Positions 39,400 to 52,555 are shown, counted from the whole stretch's first letter. The stretch: DNA of 63,389 bases, filler included, from Octopus bimaculoides (GCF_001194135.2; 5 parts of 5 records of this genome joined end to end with filler, not necessarily neighbours in it); one strand, 5' to 3'. The notes: generated by a model not told the origin, from the sequence alone. Numbers and translations: made by a program.

Positions 39400-39950
39400 A
39401 TAATTTTCGACAATCGGCCGTGACCGGGTCAGCGAATCCTCTACGACAAGATCAAGTCTTTCTGGATGTGGCCATCTTATTTAAACCTTATCTTTACAGG
39501 AATACTCTACCCATCGACAATAGACGGCAAGATGAGCTTCTACCGATCACACCATTCCAAAGTGCGTATACAGGTGACCGGGGACCACATGGAAACTTGT
39601 ATTTCTCCGAGCATAGACTACTTGTTGGTCGGAGCTAGCTGAACTCACCCCAGATGAATGCTGCTGCATTCATCTGGGGGAAAATACTTATATCCCTTCC
39701 CTCAGATTTACTAATCGTTTGCCAAAATTTGAAAGATATATTAACAGATAAGGGGAACGAAGGTAGCGAGCTGGGAGCATTATTAGAGCGATGGAAAAAT
39801 GCTTTGCTGAATTTCTTCCAGTTCTTTATATCCTGAGTTCGAATACTACTAAGGCCAACTTTGCTTTTCTTCATTCCAGGTCTCAATAAATTAAGCCTTG
39901 ACCAATTGTATCGATTATCCTATTTCAAAATTACTAAACCTTTTAACTAA
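39400..39950 (+). mobile_element. Possible decayed L1/Tx1-type ORF2 C-terminal fragment
   Basis: DKIKSFW and LYRNTLP in adjacent frames resemble the zf-RVT region. One frame stays nearly open for about 175 codons with two stops. Weak, by-eye similarity only. Confidence 0.35.
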
Positions 39951-40094
39951 ACCAGAAATCAGTGAATAAAGTTGATGCGGGTAGCGTTTAGAAATGACAG
40001 AGATTCTAGGGTGCAAGATATTTTGCTTTGCTTTCTTGAATTTGAGTCTTCGAGAAAGAGATCTGTTGTAGATTTACAGGATACCACTCGACGA

Positions 40095-40170
40095 AAGAGA
40101 CATTATGTGGCTACGTGATCTGCTAAATCTAGTAGCAAAATATTCTTACAATTCATACCCTACATTTCTG
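40095..40170 (+). mobile_element. Old dispersed repeat tail (family F, GCTAGAAATAGCAGCCAAAT-like motif)
   Basis: Diverged versions recur near 4083, 27310, 41460, 44215 and 48192 (+) and 50310 (-). Confidence 0.5.
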
Positions 40171-42008
40171 TCCGATTTTACCTTTTTTCAAATTGAATGA
40201 AATTTAATAGTGTTTTAGAATGTCTAATGGCCCTCCCATTGAAGTTTCTGTCCTTCTATTGAAATTTGAAACCTTATTTAAGTACCAACTTTATTGTGGA
40301 GTCTAGATCTAAGAAGCAAGCTCCCAGAAAACAGGGAACGAAAACGCTAGATCAAAACCCAATTGAAATAATTTCTCCTTATTTACAAGGCACCAATCTG
40401 ATGATATCTTCGTAAAAAATTACACGTGACAATTTCACTTTTCCATCCTCCAACCTAAATTACCGGTTATTTATGTGCCACAGTGAAACACTTAATCAGT
40501 ATCAAATAGACGAAAAACCTAATAATTATCAAGATTAATCTCATCCATGCTTTGGTTTTGAAGGTCAGTCAATCGGCAGTACTCTCACCACACCAAATTT
40601 ACAACAACAGAAACGTTGTAGCTAGGAAAAGAAGTCAGGTTTTATTTATTTAATTAAAATAATCTGATACATCAATTGCCAATTGCATATAATAAATCTT
40701 CAAAGAATATTTGACCGAGTGTTTATCGGAATGTTCAGCGAAATAATTGGAACTCTCTAGCGACATGATGATTAAAGATCAATTGCGAATAACTTACTGT
40801 AATCGATATTTATACGTTTCTACTATATATCTATTTAATGACCATATTCACTTCAAATTCTGTGACTGATCTTATCTCATTCTAATGTCACCAAAGCAAT
40901 TTATCACATCTATCATCCGCCTAGTTCAAATGAAGAGATGCATTTTTTCCCCTTTTATATGATCGTATCACATTTTAATCTCTTTAACAACACTTCCCTT
41001 TATCCTCCCCCTCTCTCTCTCTGCCTTTCTCTCTCTCTCTGCCTTTCAATATCTCTCTGCCTTTCTCTCTCTCTCTGCCTTTCTCTCTCTCTCTGTCTCT
41101 CTTCAACTCAGTTGGCAGGTTTGGATGTAGTGCAGTTCTCAGTTCTCAATTACGTAAGTTCTTGTTTCTTAATATATTTACCTAATTGTGTTTCCTATCG
41201 ATTCACTATGATTTTCACCTCCTCATTGCTTTCCATGGTAAATCTAAAACCTTATTCCTTCGCAAACATTTCTATCGCAACCATTTCAATAATTTTAATG
41301 CCAAATAGTGAAAATATCCATACACACGTACACACGTACACGCACAGAAACACAAGCATGAACACAGATACACGTTTACAAGATATTGTTCACTCACACA
41401 GTCTTCTCTAGTTAACGTACTTGTTAGCGAGGCAACGAAACTGTATTTGTTTGTTCGATCCGCTAAATATACTAGCTAAATTTCCAACAAACAATATCCT
41501 ACCATCTTAAAAACAGTACGAAGAATATAATGATTCGGTTTTCTGTATATTATTTTGTTCCTTCGATTCCTTTATATAATTTAATGTTTATAATTAAATA
41601 TAATATAATCTAATGTTTATAACCGAAGGTCTTGTGCTAGATGATGAATAGAATCAACACAGGAAATTTCAAAACAAAGGATATTTATATAGTTTTATAC
41701 TGTGTAACGTTAAGTGCTAAAGAATGGTAGGACCTTCATGCAGCAGACGAGGTAAATATGTACAAGGCAGCTGGCATTTCAAACTTTATGGCAATTAATT
41801 TGAGTGAAGGTATACCTTGTTGCTTGGTTTGTAGTTTAGCATGGTCGTCTGCGTTATGGTTGATGTTGTACTAGATACATTGTTTGAATATTTGTCGGAA
41901 TGGCCACGGCTGGAACATTTTGATCACAGAACTGGTTAATCATATATGGCTTTGGCCGAACACTAGAATTTTTACCAAATATTTTATTCCAAATTTTTAA
42001 ATAAGTTT

Positions 42009-42553
42009 AGGAGTGGCTATGTGGTAAGTAGCTTGCTTACCAACCACATGGTTCCGGGTTCAGTCCCACTGCGTGGCACCTTGGGCAAGTGTCTTCTACT
42101 ATAGCCTCGTGCCGACCAAAGCCTTGTGAGTGGATTTGCTGGACGGAAACTGAAAGAAGCCCGTCGTATATATGTATATATATATATGTATGTGTGTATA
42201 TGTCTGTGTGTCTGTGTTTGTCNNNNNNNNNNTGTCTTCTACTATAGCCTCGTGCCGACCAAAGCCTTGTGAGTGGATTTGCTAGACGGAAACTGAAAGA
42301 AGCCCGTCGTATATATGTATATATATATATGTATGTGTGTATATGTCTGTGTGTCTGTGTTTGTCCCCCTAACATCGCTTGACAACCGATACTAATGTGT
42401 TTATGTCCCCGCAACTTAGTGGTTCGGCAAAATAGACCGATAGAATAAGTACTACGCATACAAAGAATAAATCCCGGGGTCGATTTGCTCGACTAAAGGC
42501 GGTGCTCCAGCATGGCCACAATCAAATAACTGAAACAAGTAAAAGAGTAAAAG
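42009..42553 (+). mobile_element. SINE family A, full length (internal 133-bp duplication is probably an assembly artefact)
   Basis: Best-preserved copy: head, internal (TA)(TG) tract, and 3' half ending GAAACAAGTAAAAGAGTAAAAGA. Confidence 0.93.
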
Positions 42554-42559
42554 AGGATA

Positions 42560-43170
42560 ATTTTCTCAATTATCACACAATTCTACAATTTTCCTCAACA
42601 ATGAGACGAAATAGAGCTTTTGCTGTTTTCCGAAGCTTATTGGCCTACAAAAGAAACCACTGTCCAATCAATCACTCTTACCTATTTCCTAATATGTGAT
42701 AATTTAAAAGAAAGGAAAAATGCCTTTCCTTTATGTTGGTTTGCTGAATATCCCGGGCGGATCAAGCAAACCTATGTTCAAAGACAGTCAGATCGTGTTG
42801 AACATCGCATATTTTTTTCAGGCAGTGTACAAACACATGACCATGATATCCTTATGGGTCTTCCATACTTTAAAGTAGCAGGGTATGATTAGAGAGCTAT
42901 ATGGCTATTTCTTGTAAATCGATTGGCCATTACGAAGCTCTGTTAGTGGATTGAGAACTATATTGGCAGGTAGGCTGTCGGGTTTGGTGCCAATGGGATG
43001 CAATGTAAATGAATAGAAACAGAATAACTTAAAATAATTGAGGATCGTTTTCTCGTGGGCCCTCAATTTTTGGTAGAGTCGAAGGTGCTCCATCGAGACA
43101 ATCGGCGATTTTTTAAATTTTAGACAAGGTGGAGCATATCCCTCTCCAAGTCTGGCTACAACCGACTTGT
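42560..43170 (-). mobile_element. Possible decayed L1/Tx1-type ORF2 C-terminal fragment
   Basis: Minus-strand GHVFVHC (H-x4-C knuckle end) followed by DPPGIFSK...RKGIF and FVSLLRKIV. Many stops, weak similarity. Confidence 0.35.
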
Positions 43171-43193
43171 TCCAAAAAGAGACAGTCAGAAAG

Positions 43194-43194
<1 letters not shown>

Positions 43195-43250
<56 letters not shown>

Positions 43251-43251
43251 C

Positions 43252-43301
<50 letters not shown>
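43195..43301. repeat. (GATA)n microsatellite
   Basis: Nearly pure run. Confidence 0.97.
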
Positions 43302-45101
43302 GATAAGAAGAGTCGACTTCATTCAAGAACTGGGACTTTATTTATCGATACCAAACAGACGAAAGTGAAAAAGTGACCTCGGAGTGTAGAGTGTCGGAAC
43401 AGTGAGTGCAGTGCAATCTAAGCAATGACTCCATCAATGACTCCGTCAAATGCTTTTAAGGAAGAACGGAACCAGTAGAAGCGCAGTGTAGCAAATAGCG
43501 GCGGAAATCGATCAATGTTCATTTTACTGCTTGGAGATATTGTGCTTGCTTTGCTAACCCTTGTGGTAAAATATAAATGTCACGAATGCCCATCTGAACA
43601 ATCTGCGAAAAAACAAGAAAAAAAAAGGCAGAAAAAGTCGCCACAAGCCTTATCGTTGTCTATGGTTAAGTTTGATAACGCAAGGTCAAACAGTTGACAT
43701 TATCGCAGGAACATGATCATGCGGGGTACATTAGTGTTTATCAAAGTATATATAATATACATGTATTTGTGTGTGTATATTATATATACACACACAAATG
43801 TATTTATATATACACAAATGTATATATATATATATATATATACACACTTGTGTATATATACACAAATGTAGGTTTGTAATTTGTAGGTTTGTGCGTTGTA
43901 GATCCGATAGTCTCCTGAAATATGTCACAATACGCCGAACTTCAAGATAACATGAAACATTTGTCCTGTATATTGTTTATTGCAACCGTTTTTCGTGGTC
44001 TCATATTTCTGAATATGTAGGTTTAAAGTATGCACATTTTAGACATTAGTAGCTATTTAGTCTCTATAAGGTTATAGAAGTTAGTCATCATTTACTTAGT
44101 AAACATGCTTAGGGAGTAGATATCGTAAATATGATGCACAAGGAGTTAGAGTAATACCTAACGCTCCACTGACAATACTCGACCTATTAACGCAGCTCCT
44201 TAAGGTGCTGTTTGACGTGCTAGTAATAGGAACCAAGTTTACTTCAAATTGCTACGCAAGAAGTCACCTCTGATAATTTTGTATATTATACATTGACAAG
44301 AAAAACAGAAAAATAAGTACACGAACGAGGCTGTTGAAATTGGAATCACAAAATAAACGAAGATATTGCTTAGAAAAATGGTGATGACAACGATGACGTT
44401 CTCAATAGTTTAAACGACTGGAGTTTAGCTTCCGGAGACGTATAAACATAATTCGTATTTAGATTAATTTTCACTGGTTTGACCAACACAGGTTTCAAGT
44501 ATAGTAGTAGTCCTCTCAAAAGCACCCGTCATTAGATCTGCCTTCCTGGTTAGATTCTAAAGCTCGAATAACTGAGACTAAGAATTTTATCCAACCGTAC
44601 CATTCTTGATTTACTTCTATGTCTCTCGTCGGCTGTTTCAGCTTCAAGAATATGTCTTGTGTGTCATTTCTGTGACATTTTAATTACATGGCAGTAGTAT
44701 CGGAGTCATGAAATCTCAAGGCAGAGAAGTAAGGGCACAAACTGGAGACAGCCCCACGATCTCCGAACTAGGAACACTTTGGGGTAACGTTTCTCCAGAA
44801 CTTCATCGGATGACTCACGTTTCGACCGCTTTTTTCAAAATTAACCATCACTGGTTACCATAGATGAGGATAGACACGAAAACTAAAATGAAAATAGCAT
44901 ATAGAAAAAATTTATCAACCTCTCCTATTATAGGAATCGAATGCTAGAATTCAGACACTATAATTTCAGGCGCATTAAAGTGCTAGCATCTGGAATTCTA
45001 GCATCTCATGATAAGGTTTTAGTCATTTAAGTGGAGTTCATTCTGTTAGAAACATTCGATTGTTACTTTCCTATTATCATTAGCCATTTTACTGAAGGTC
45101 T

Positions 45102-45248
45102 GCGTGGCTGTGTGGTAAGAAGCTTGCTTACCAACCGCATGGTTTCGAGTTCAGTCCCACTGCATGGAACCTTGGGCTAGTGTCTTTTACTATAGCCCCG
45201 CGCCGACCAAAGCCTTGTGAGTAGATTTGTTAGACAGAAACTGAAAGG

Positions 45249-45279
<31 letters not shown>

Positions 45280-45487
45280 GTCTGTGTGTGTGTTTGTGTG
45301 ATTGTCCTCCCCATCACCACCACCGCCGCTTGACAACCAGTGTTTGTGTATTTATGTCCCCGTAAACTAGCGATTCAGCAAAAGAGACCGATTAAAAATA
45401 AGCCCTGGGTTTGATTTGTTCGACTAAAACATTTCGAGGTGGTGCTCCAGCATGGCCGCAGTCAAAACAGCAGAAACAAGTAAAAGA
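45102..45487 (+). mobile_element. SINE family A, full length
   Basis: Both halves present with an internal (TA)n(TG)n tract. Confidence 0.9.
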
Positions 45488-46198
45488 ACGGAAGAATAAG
45501 AATAAACCAACTGCTTAACAAATCATCCAAATTCCTTTCCGTTTTTCTTCTCCATGAAGTAATGTTAGCAATTCCGAAAGTCCACCGCTCAACTATTAAC
45601 ACCCATCTCACGAGAGCAATAGTCTATTTATTAATCTATTAAAGAATAAAATAAAAAATCGGCTGTCGATAAAAGGAAAGTACCCATTCGGGCTTGTTCC
45701 TTAGTCTGAGCATAACTTCCTGCTTTTACTGCGACCTATCTCTAAAAGGGGTCATGCGCACTGCACTGTTTTGTCTGAGAAAGACATTAAAAATAAACGT
45801 GACGATAGATCTCTGAAAAATCAGAAACAAACTGCATGGTACTTTCGCTTTTGTTTTTTACGTTTTATTTAAATAAGCATGTATGGTTCAATAAATTATT
45901 GAATATTTTGCTAATATAATAACTACCACATCCGTCTAATTTGATATTAATAATTAAAAAATAATAATAAAAAAAAATCTAATCAGTCTCGAAATTTTTA
46001 TTTAGAGATCAATTAAAAATAGTTAGAAATATCGATCGAAAAACCTATTGATGCTCTGGCTAAGAAACTACTCTCAGACTAAAGACTAAAAGCAATAAAT
46101 TTTTATACTTTTCTGTTTCTATAAATTTTTTATTTTTAACATGTTAAACACACTTTTCATTAGGAAACAAGAGAGGACTGTTTTACTTCGCTGCTAGG

Positions 46199-46199
<1 letters not shown>

Positions 46200-46266
<67 letters not shown>

Positions 46267-46359
46267 CGCTGCTGGAAACTACAGCAAACCAGCACCACTA
46301 ACACGACTCTGGCTATTACAACTACCACTACTACTACTACTACTGCTGCAGCGGCGATA

Positions 46360-46407
<48 letters not shown>

Positions 46408-46504
46408 GCTGCTGCAACTACTACTTCTATTGTTACTGCTGCTGCTACTACTACTACTACTGTTGCTGCTAATGTTGCTTCTACTACTACAACTACTACT
46501 GCTG

Positions 46505-46553
<49 letters not shown>
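46200..46553. repeat. (TAC)n/(TGC)n compound microsatellite
   Basis: Direct reading. It abuts the 3' end of the RTE fragment. Confidence 0.96.
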
Positions 46554-47230
46554 GCAGTTTAAGTCCAGGGTGGCCCTGATCGAAGATCGAAAAACCGCTC
46601 GTAGCCAGAGACGTTCCAGCAGTGACCACACTGTATTACCCCACACCTTTTTGTTCAGTGTTGCCTGCTTTAAAGCAATAAGAGCAAGATTCGAACGAAA
46701 TTCAGCTGTTACCCCTAGCTTGTCCCACAAAGGCCCCATAAAAGTCTTCTCGATCACTCGATGTTGTGTTAATTATCTGGGTAGTGCTCAAGTTTTCCCA
46801 ACAGGCATATCCAGTCGTTGAGGTGCCACCCAGGACGCTTTTACAGTCATCTCTCCCCACTGGTCCCTGTTCTCTGTTATGCGTAGCTGGGTCGTAATGT
46901 GGCAACATATCCTTTCCTTGACGCTGTGAAACCAAGCGATCCTCTGGTTGCCTCTCTTTCATCCTTCCTCAACTGTGCCCTGAATGATGTTTTGGTTAGG
47001 GGACTGTATCGGAATACAACACCATATAAGGGCAGGTTTTCGTCTTTTTACCTGCACAAGGAATAGTTTCTGTCTGCCAGCGTATTTGTCGAATTGCTGC
47101 CTGCCCAAGCTGTTCGTTTTGTCTTCTGATTATGGGTTGCGTAGCAGATGTTTGAAGCTCGTGTACTCAAGTGTTAGGATTCTTCTAAGAGACCAGATTT
47201 CACAACCTGAAGTGGTATGAAGTTATCAAA
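46554..47230 (-). mobile_element. RTE-clade LINE 3' end (ORF C-terminus plus probable 3' UTR)
   Basis: Minus strand gives LRRILTLEY..., VKRRKPALIW...NIIQGTVEEG*KRGNQRIAWFHSVKE...ENRDQWGEM, matching the RTE C-terminal pattern (ILQG.VEG.R.RGR....W...R..W). Confidence 0.78.
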
Positions 47231-47467
47231 TTATACAAAGGATTGACATTTGAAACGTTTTGCTGTTGTAAACTTGGTGTCTCTGTGGGCAGGACTCATC
47301 ATAAATATTTCACGTTAAGTTAATGCACGAAATTGGAGAATTTTCTACGAAACGTAAAAAATTTATTTGATGTAAAACAAAACGGATGTCTTCTTATTGG
47401 GCCTGTCTCATTTGTCATCGCGGAGTAGTGTACTTGTAAACACACACACATATATATACATATATAC

Positions 47468-47566
<99 letters not shown>

Positions 47567-47789
47567 NNNNNNNNNNNNNNNNNNNNNNNNNNNNNNNNNN
47601 NNNNNNNNNNNNNNNNNNNNNNNNNNNNNNNNNNNNNNNNNNNNNNNNNNNNNNNNNNNNNNNNNNNNNNNNNNNNNNNNNNNNNNNNNNNNNNNNNNNN
47701 NNNNNNNNNNNNNNNNNNNNNNNNNNNNNNNNNNNNNNNNNNNNNNNNNNNNNNNNNNNNNNNNNNNNNNNNNNNNNNNNNNNNNNNNN

Positions 47790-47831
<42 letters not shown>

Positions 47832-48519
47832 GCATATACATATACGTAAGTATATATGTATGTATCATGTATGTATGTATGTAGGCCTTGGTGTATGTCT
47901 GTATGCGTGTATAAAGACTTCAAGTTGAAGAATATCTTGCTAGTTAATTAAATTCATAAAAAGTAGTTTAAGAGTTCCTTTATTAAGAACAGTCTTCATC
48001 AATAGCGGTTTTAGTTGTATCATAGAAAATATTAGCTTTGCAAAACAAACAATTTAGCGGGGCAAGAAATTTACAATTTCCTGTTTCAGTTCACGTAAAA
48101 TATTTGGCCTTCCTGCCTCGAAGAACAGAGAATCGATATTCTAGCTAACAGATGAGGGTAGCATAGGTGTACTGTAAGCAAGCACGTAATGTGCTAGAAA
48201 TATCAACCAAATCTGTCTTGAGTTACCTCATATCATCTTAAAATATGAATGTTACTCTTATTTAGTTTAATCCTTGATGTACAAAAATACTCTCCCAAAT
48301 ATTGGTAGAAGGTCAGCAATGTTAGATTGAGTTGGATTAATCGTTATCTTAACCCAATACTAAACTGTAACTTATTTTATCGATTACGAAAGGAGGAATG
48401 GCAAATCGACTTCGCCTGAATTTGAACTCAGAAAGTAAAACCTGAAAAAATGGTGTTAAGCAATTTGTATAGTTTGCTAACAATTCTCCCTGCTACAGAC
48501 CAACCAACATCTGCTAAAA

Positions 48520-49746
48520 CACAGGGTGCGGTCGGTATTTTTGTGTAGATGTATGATTTTAAATCAACGCTTAATTAATAATACAAAAAAAACTGTATTT
48601 TTATAAAAATTACATAAACATAAAGCTAAATTATGTATTTAATAATTTCATTCAATAGAACCACCATAAGCATCAGTAACTGCCTCGATGCGGGGTCAAA
48701 ATCATTTACGATCTCGGATTAAGTGGTCCTTGTTCATATTGGACATGACTCGAACTATGGCGGCTTTCAAAGAATCTTTGGTGCTGTGTGAGTATCTATT
48801 GACATTTTTCTCAACGATGCTCCATACATAATATTCCATTGGATTGAGATCTGGAGAATTAGGAGGCCAAATATCGGGGGTGATGTGATCATGGAAATTG
48901 TCGGTCATTCATTCTTGTGTCATTTGAGCCTTGTGTGATGGGGCAGAATTTAGCTGAAAGACATAAGGCCTTCCATTGCATACACTGATGATCCAAGGCT
49001 TAACAACTTTATCCAGAAATTCAATGTACACAGCAGCATTCACCCTAAGCTCTTGTAGAAAAAAAAAGTGAGGAGGCATCACATGTTCTTCATTGCTAAC
49101 AACAACCAAAACCATGAAACTTACAGGAAATTGTGTGTGCATTACTCTTGGAATCTCAGAAGATTCTGCACATTGCCATCTATCATTTCTTCTGTTAGTT
49201 TTCTGGCCCTGCTTAAAGCTTTCCTCATCTGAGAAAAGCCAAGTCACATCATCTTTTGGATCTGATTAAACGGTTTTCTTTTGTTTTTCCTGATATTGAA
49301 TTGAGCTCTCCTCATCACGTAAGATTCGTATCTGATGCCTTCGCGCACAGCATTTCTGATTGTTTTCTTTTTTTGTGACACACGAATGTTTTTTGCAATT
49401 GACTTCATTGATTTTCCTGGATTGTCTTCAATGTTTTGCTTAGCTTTCTGAATAAATTCAGGTGTCCTGATAGAATCAAAGCGTTTTTACGTTTTGATGC
49501 AGGTAATATTCTTCCATCTTTCTCTAACTCACACTGAATCTCGTGGACAACTTTCAGAAAACGAGAAATTTCTAAATTACCATGCTTCGACATCAAAGCC
49601 ACAATCACAGCATGCCTTTTCATTTCATTAGTAAGCATAGGGCCTGAAATAGAAGTCCAATAGAAATTAGTCAAATAAAAGAATGACTAAAAATGCATGT
49701 ATCCTCATCCAGTAATAATTGTCCAGTAATAACTGTCCGCATCCAG
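48520..49746 (-). mobile_element. Decayed near-full-length Tc1/mariner DD37D (maT-like) transposon
   Basis: Minus-strand MKRHAVIVAL..., WLFSDEESF...VMPPHFF...RPYVFQLNSAPSHKAQMTQE*MTDNFHDHITPDIWPPNSPDLNPMEYYVW, with 37 residues between the second and third catalytic positions. TIR-like ends CAGGGTGCGGTCGGTA and CTGGATGCGGACAGTTA. Confidence 0.88.
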
Positions 49747-49865
49747 TAATAATTGTTGTTATTAATATGCTCTTTGGTAGGTTCTGAGTTCAAATTCGTC
49801 CGAGGTCGAATTTGCCTTTCATCCTTTTGACAGAATATGAACTCAGGACATATAGGTGGAGGAAA

Positions 49866-50021
49866 GGCGGTGAGCCAGCAGATTCGTTAGCGTATCGGAC
49901 AAAATGCTTAACGGCATTTCCTCCACCTATATGTCCTAAGTTCATATTCTGCCAAGGTGAACGTTTCCTTTCATTCCTCGGAGTCGATAAAATAAGTATC
50001 AGTAGAGCACTGGGGTCGATT
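49866..50021 (+). mobile_element. SINE family B copy preceded by an inverted copy of its own internal segment
   Basis: Head GGCGGTGAGCCAGCAGA and core present. 49831-49865 is the reverse complement of 49917-49951. Confidence 0.85.
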
Positions 50022-50079
50022 CCACCGAAATTGGTTGCTATATGCCAAAACCTTAAAATCAATATTTCTGAAATCTAAA

Positions 50080-50213
50080 GGCGGCGAGCTGGCAGAATCG
50101 TTAGCGTGCCGGACAAAATGCTTAACGGCATTTTGTCTGTCTTTATGACCTGAGTTCATATTCTGCCAAAGTCAGCTTTGCCTTTCATCATTCGGGGTCG
50201 ATAAATTAAGTAG
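50080..50213 (+). mobile_element. SINE family B, 3'-truncated
   Basis: GGCGGCGAGCTGGCAGAATCGTTAGC...GCCTTTCATCATTCGGGGTCGATAAATTAAGTA. Confidence 0.88.
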
Positions 50214-51020
50214 CAACAAAGCCACGAAATCAGTTTATTTGAAGCTAAATTATCGAATGTGCCCCTTCTCATTCATTTTTAAAGAAAATGATGCGATATT
50301 TGAGTGGGTTTTGGCAGCTATTTTCTGTCAGCTCCAGATAGGGGTCTTTCTGAAAAGAAGGACAGAGAGAGAGAAAGAGAGAGAGAGAGATAAAAAGTGA
50401 GAGAGAGAAAGTTCTATCTCAGTAATTGTAGAGTAGATGGATTAGGTACTAGTCGAGGATTGGGGTCGATGTAATCGACTAGGCCCCTGCCCCAAAATTT
50501 TCGGCCTTGTACCTATATCAGATACATTATTATTATTATTATCATTATTATTATTATTATTATTATTAGTGGCGTTCTGACAGTGGTTGTTCTGTATAGT
50601 GTAATTGCTGTTTCTTTATTTATCGTCGACCTCCCCACCTCTCCGAAAGGATGAAAGAAAAACTGACTAGGTGAGATTCGAACTCTGGATTCACAGAACC
50701 GTTTCATATGCCACAAAACATTCTAATCAATGCGCTAACGAATATGCCAAATCGCTGCGACTGTAGCGGCCATCTTTTAANNNNNNNNNNNNNNNNNNNN
50801 NNNNNNNNNNNNNNNNNNNNNNNNTTAATTAATTAANNNNNNNNNNNNNNNNNNNNNNNNNNNNNNNNNNNNNNNNNNNNGTGGTCAGCATGGGAATAAA
50901 AACCATCAAAGGTAATAATTATTTAAAATTATAATACAGGGTATCAAGAGATACCACCACGCTGAAAAAATAGCAGTCAAATCCTGACTCTAAAACCACA
51001 ATAAATGTCCGCATGGCACG

Positions 51021-51057
<37 letters not shown>

Positions 51058-51067
51058 CACAGTTTTC

Positions 51068-51212
51068 ATTTCTATTTCCGTCTACCAAATCCACACACAA
51101 GGCTTTGGTCGGTTCGGGGCTATAGAAGAAGACACTTGCCCAAATTTCCACAGAGTGGTACTGAATCCTGAACGATGTGGCTGGGAAGCAAGCTTCTTAA
51201 CACACAGCCACC
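51068..51212 (-). mobile_element. SINE family A, 5' half
   Basis: Reverse-complement match next to (TA)n. Confidence 0.85.
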
Positions 51213-51356
51213 CCCATGCTTGTTATATAGACATATAATATGTAGCATATGTAATTATTCACAATTATATACATATACACATACACATATGTGCATATAT
51301 CTAATATATGAATATTACGTATATTATACCGTTGTGTATATATTTACATACATATT

Positions 51357-51394
<38 letters not shown>

Positions 51395-51404
51395 NNNNNN
51401 NNNN

Positions 51405-51438
<34 letters not shown>

Positions 51439-51483
51439 GTATATATATTAGTTAATACATCGGATGGTATATTAGTTAATAGT

Positions 51484-51790
51484 GGAGGGACAATGGCCTA
51501 GTGGTCAGGGCCATGGACTCGCGGTTTCGATTCCCAGACCGGGTATTGTGAGTGTTTATTGATCGAAAACACCTAAAGCACCACGAGGCTCCAGCAGGAG
51601 GTGGTGGCGAACCCTGCCGTATTCTTTCACCACAACTTTCTCTCACTCTTTCTTTCTGTTTCTGATGTACCTGTATTTCAAATGTACCAGCCTTGTCACA
51701 CTCTGGGTCACGCTGAACCTCCCCCGAGAACTACGTTATTGGTACTATATGTGTGGAGTGATCAGCCACTTGCACGTTAATTTCACGTTA
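51484..51790 (+). mobile_element. SINE family C, near full length
   Basis: tRNA-like head (TGGCCTAGTGGTCAG ... GGTTTCGATTCCC). The body matches 36923-37167. Confidence 0.82.
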
Positions 51791-51962
51791 ATTTCACGTA
51801 ACCAAGAAGAAATCTTGCGGAACAGATGTTATTTTAACGAGATACATCCTGTAATCACATGAGGAAACACATCTACACGGACGGCTACTCCTAAAACAGA
51901 TGTCCAGTATACCACGATGGGTCGAAACAATTGTAGCGATCAATAGATATTCTCCTGTCTTC

Positions 51963-52036
<74 letters not shown>

Positions 52037-52065
52037 CATACATACAGGTAAACAGATATTTATAA

Positions 52066-52202
52066 GGCGGCGAGCTGGCAGAAACGTTAGCACGCCGGGC
52101 GAAATGCTTAGCGGTATTTCGTCTGCCGCTACGTTCTGAGGTCAAATTCCGCCGAGGTTCACTTTGCCTTTCATCCTTGTGGGTAGTAAAGAAATAACAC
52201 AT
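52066..52202 (+). mobile_element. SINE family B with internal deletion and 10-bp TSD
   Basis: The head joins tail type 1 at a CCTT microhomology. ATATTTATAA occurs at 52056-52065 and 52203-52212. Confidence 0.88.
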
Positions 52203-52555
52203 ATATTTATAAAAGTCTGTCGGAGCAACTGTCGATTAGAAAGTATTCAATACACAAATTATTAGTGCAGCAGAGTTATATTTTTTCATAATATCAATAA
52301 AATTTGTTTGTTGGTGGTATTTGGATGCCAAGAAAAGGTATTTTAGATATTATCAGCATTGTTACTATCATTATTATTATTATTCAGTAGTTTTATTTTT
52401 ATAACGTGCTTTCANNNNNNNNNNNNNNNNNNNNNNNNNNNNNNNNNNNNNNNNNNNNNNNNNNNNNNNNNNNNNNNNNNNNNNNNNNNNNNNNNNNNNN
52501 NNNNNNNNNNNNNNACACACACACACACAGACACACACACACACACACACACATA

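Noticed and set aside
42090-42365. 133-bp direct duplication inside a SINE
   Set aside because: The copies are separated by exactly 10 N and differ at one base, typical of unmerged overlapping contigs or two alleles.
43515-43697. 60-aa ORF with hydrophobic N-terminus, CxxC and a basic stretch
   Set aside because: Length is at chance level, the basic stretch comes from an A-run, and there is no homology or expression evidence.
44781-44860. Two GAAACGT motifs and CCGATGA on the minus strand, hammerhead-like
   Set aside because: Stem II and stem I cannot be formed and the first core is mutated.
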